The translations under genes and the position numbers were made by a program. Of a stretch of DNA of 64,000 bases, positions 61,404 to 64,000 are shown piece by piece. Each line of letters starts with the position of its first letter. The stretch's first letter is position 1. This stretch comes from Candidatus Multivorans sp. (GTDB lineage Bacteria > Acidobacteriota > Thermoanaerobaculia > Multivoradales > Multivoraceae): contig OZ245033.1 in NCBI GenBank assembly GCA_965224025.1, positions 1,024,001 to 1,088,000 on the forward strand, read 5' to 3'. The notes below the pieces were generated by a model. It did no database searches. It saw nothing but the letters and a program-made list of their open reading frames with translations, and was not told where the DNA came from.

Positions 61404-61614
61404 TTGGAAACCTGTGAGTAACTCTACGCGGATCGTCGCGGAAGCGTACGATCCGACGGCGGAGACGATTTACGTGCGCTTCCCTAGTGGAGTTGAGTGG
61501 TGGTACTCGGCATGTCCACCGGAGGTCTGGGGGGCTTTCACTGCTCCAGGGCAGTCGCGCGGCGCGTACATCCATGAGGTACTGAATCACAAGCCCCACG
61601 GGCGTCACGGCTAG
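61396..61614 (+). CDS. KTSC-domain protein
   Basis: STRIVAEAYDPTAETIYVRFPSGVEWWYSACPPEVW..F....SRGAYI matches the KTSC pattern S..I....YD.....L.V.F..G..Y.Y..VP........S.G.Y; overlaps herA stop. Confidence 0.82.
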   Translation: MIDWKPVSNSTRIVAEAYDPTAETIYVRFPSGVEWWYSACPPEVWGAFTAPGQSRGAYIHEVLNHKPHGRHG

Positions 61615-62006
61615 CAAAGTGAGGCTAGGCATGCCTCCGTCCGTTGTGCCGGTGTTGTATGGAGGTGTAGGACGTTAGACGCCTAACCCGAACGAGCTTG
61701 GCAAGTACGCCGGGAAGAACCCTGTAACAGCGCCGGATCCGCGGCGACGTATGGCGGACCTCGGAGGCCGCGCGGGTACCTACGGAGGGGAACTCGGCTC
61801 TCGCTTCGGTCGGCCCCGTTCCCGGATGGGGCTGGTCTGGATCACGGTGACGACTGTCGCTGCCGACAGCGTTGGGGACTCTCCCCTAGGGATTTCTGCC
61901 GGCGAGCTTGCGGCAGGGACGCTCTCGCGCGCGGAACAGGTGGCCGCCACGGGTGATCGTCAGAGGCGGCTCGGATGACGTCCTGCAGGAACTGATCCCG
62001 GCTCGC

Positions 62007-64000
62007 TTATGGCCCACCGGTCCGCGGGCGCGTGGACTTTCCGCCATGCACCGTCGGCTCGGCGCACCACTGCCTGCGGAGCAGGTCGAGGGGTTCCATC
62101 GCGTCATCGGGCAGTCCGAGGAGATCCACGAGCACAGCGCGGTCAAGTGCCTGACGGGTTTCGTCGCGGTAGGCCTCGTTGGCGGGGAGAAACTCCCGGT
62201 CGCAGAAGTCGGCGAAGAGGTGTACGGAGGCGGCGTGTTGGGCGTCGGTCAGGCGGCGCGGGTCGAGGACGGGGAGGTCCGGGAGCGTCGAGAGGGTGAG
62301 GATGGCGCGGCCCTGTTGCTGGCGGGCGCCGAGCCACCAGAAGGACATTAGGCCGAGCGTGGTGTTGGACCAGAGGACGACAGGCGTTTCCCAGCGCTCG
62401 TCGTGGAGCTTGAAGTTAGGCCAGGCTCGGCCGCCGAGCGTCTTTCCGGGCGTCAGGCAGGCGGCGAGCGGCTGGGAGTTGAGACGGAAGTCCAGGTTGA
62501 AGTGCAGCTTAGTGGCGTGGCGGCGCCATGCTCTCACCGCACGCTCGCCGCAGTCGGGGCGTGGTTCCGCCCGGCAGTCCGGCTGCACGGTCAAGCGGCT
62601 TTCCCGTGATGCGTCGTGGCCCCACAGCGTCGGGTACGTGGGTACTGCCCCGTGGATGGTCGGGAGGATGTCGAATGGACCCCTGGGCGGCGTGCGTTCA
62701 GGATCGCCGTTGATGTCTCGGTGGAGTAATCCCCGACTGCCGATCTCGGAGAGCGGGACCACCGGGACCATAGCTTCCTCGTTCCGCCGGGGGAGCTTCA
62801 GCCGTCCCTTCGGCAAGGCCAGCATGGTCTGGGCGAGCCCGGCTTCCAGGATGCCCCAGGCGCCCCCGTTCTGAAGCTCCGTGCGGACGAAGACGCCGGC
62901 TTCATCTGCGTCCGTCAGAGGGATTCGTCCGGTCGATAGCATCGTTCGCTTGGCGGCGACCTCGTCGATGCGACGAGCGACGGAGACCGCTTCGAGGATC
63001 GAGCGCGGCCGTTGCCTGAGGTTCGTGAACAGTGTGTCGGACCTCCCGCTGCCGGTCTTTCTGGCCACGACGAGGACTTCTGCCATGCCTGTGTCGGCAG
63101 AGAAAGCGCGTCCCGACTGACCCGTATCGGCTATGGAGACGACCGTGAGTCCTTGGTAGCGGCCCGCGAACAGGTCGCGAGCGTTCCGCCAAGAACCGCC
63201 CTGCACGAAGGCTGCCGGCAGGACGAATGCCGCGACCCCGCCGGGCCGCAGCTTGGCGTGTGCCAGATCAACGAAGTTGGATGCCAAGCCTGCGTTGCCG
63301 TGGCCGGCTGGTTCGGCGAGCGCCCTCCTGTACTCGGCGAGCCGCCTTGACATCACCGCCTGTTCGCTCCTGCTCGTCGCGAAGCCCGCGAACGAGGGCA
63401 CGGGCACGGTCGTGCTCTCGTGGTTCGTCGGCCTGGTGAAAGGAGGGTTCATGATGACCAGGTCGAAGCCGCGGTCCGGCGCATCGACGTCGCGAAGCTG
63501 CTCCCGATCCCCGCCGGCGCCGCGGACCTGGGCCGCTCCCGTGCCGAACAACGGCAGCACGGGGTCGGACGACAGCAAGTCGAGTGAGCCGATGGCATGG
63601 GCTCGACCGCTGCCTTCGGGTTGTGCACCGTAGGGCATGGTGTAGATGCGGGTGTCATCGAAGGTCGCGTTGGGATGCACGCTCGACACGATGGACGCGG
63701 TGAGGTGCGTTGCCGCAGGCATGATGTCGGCGCCGAGCAGGACGCGCTCCATCATCGCGGCGTGCAGGGCCCGGTCGTCCCCGCCGGCGCGGCGATGCCG
63801 TGCGGCGACGCGATGGTAGGCGGCGGACAGCAGAGCACCGGTCCCGCAGGCGAAGTCGGCGATCCGCAGGCGGAGCACGTCGTCGGCGCTTGCCCAGTCG
63901 ACCTCGAGACGGTCGACCGCCAGTTCGGCTAGCAAAGTGGCGCTCGAGGGGAGGGTGTAAAAGGTGGCGAGGAACTTTCGGTCGGCGATCAGCCGCTGGA
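62007..64000 (-). CDS. N6-adenine DNA methyltransferase, probably a fused type IIG-like restriction-modification protein (5' end outside window)
   Basis: FYT (motif X), DFACGTG (motif I), IMNPPF (motif IV), long C-terminal recognition region; frame open to window end. Confidence 0.88.
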   Translation of the reverse strand, partial: QRLIADRKFLATFYTLPSSATLLAELAVDRLEVDWASADDVLRLRIADFACGTGALLSAAYHRVAARHRRAGGDDRALHAAMMERVLLGADIMPAATHLTASIVSSVHPNATFDDTRIYTMPYGAQPEGSGRAHAIGSLDLLSSDPVLPLFGTGAAQVRGAGGDREQLRDVDAPDRGFDLVIMNPPFTRPTNHESTTVPVPSFAGFATSRSEQAVMSRRLAEYRRALAEPAGHGNAGLASNFVDLAHAKLRPGGVAAFVLPAAFVQGGSWRNARDLFAGRYQGLTVVSIADTGQSGRAFSADTGMAEVLVVARKTGSGRSDTLFTNLRQRPRSILEAVSVARRIDEVAAKRTMLSTGRIPLTDADEAGVFVRTELQNGGAWGILEAGLAQTMLALPKGRLKLPRRNEEAMVPVVPLSEIGSRGLLHRDINGDPERTPPRGPFDILPTIHGAVPTYPTLWGHDASRESRLTVQPDCRAEPRPDCGERAVRAWRRHATKLHFNLDFRLNSQPLAACLTPGKTLGGRAWPNFKLHDERWETPVVLWSNTTLGLMSFWWLGARQQQGRAILTLSTLPDLPVLDPRRLTDAQHAASVHLFADFCDREFLPANEAYRDETRQALDRAVLVDLLGLPDDAMEPLDLLRRQWCAEPTVHGGKSTRPRTGGP

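Overview
High-GC bacterial chromosomal segment. Gene content (sulfatase-TPR lipoprotein, carboxypeptidase-regulatory-domain TonB receptors, tandem lepB) is suggestive of Acidobacteriota, but this is inference only. In order: (1) an attenuator-controlled ilvE-ilvB-ilvN-ilvC-leuA-leuC-leuD-leuB operon; (2) envelope, two-component and methyltransferase genes; (3) a ~7.5 kb decayed mobile island (IS21, IS630, IS4, two IS3-like elements, mobC/relaxase relic, intact hicBA); (4) housekeeping genes tdk, recR-ybaB-dnaX, SRP RNA, tadA and two tRNA-Ser; (5) rpmH-rnpA-yidD-yidC-jag, two parS sites, rsmG-parA-parB-bactofilin, pyrKDF, two lepB, comEA-pilin and mtnA; (6) two complete tmRNA genes 3431 bp apart, each followed by a different TonB-dependent receptor; (7) a defence locus with SIR2-HerA plus an overlapping KTSC gene and a partial N6-adenine MTase/RM gene. 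The best candidates for something undescribed are the [ssrA-TBDR]x2 tandem, the SIR2-HerA-KTSC three-gene operon, and several small mobile or structured repeat families. Four single-base frameshifts sit in G runs and may be sequencing errors. All calls come from reading motifs by eye; no database searches were run.
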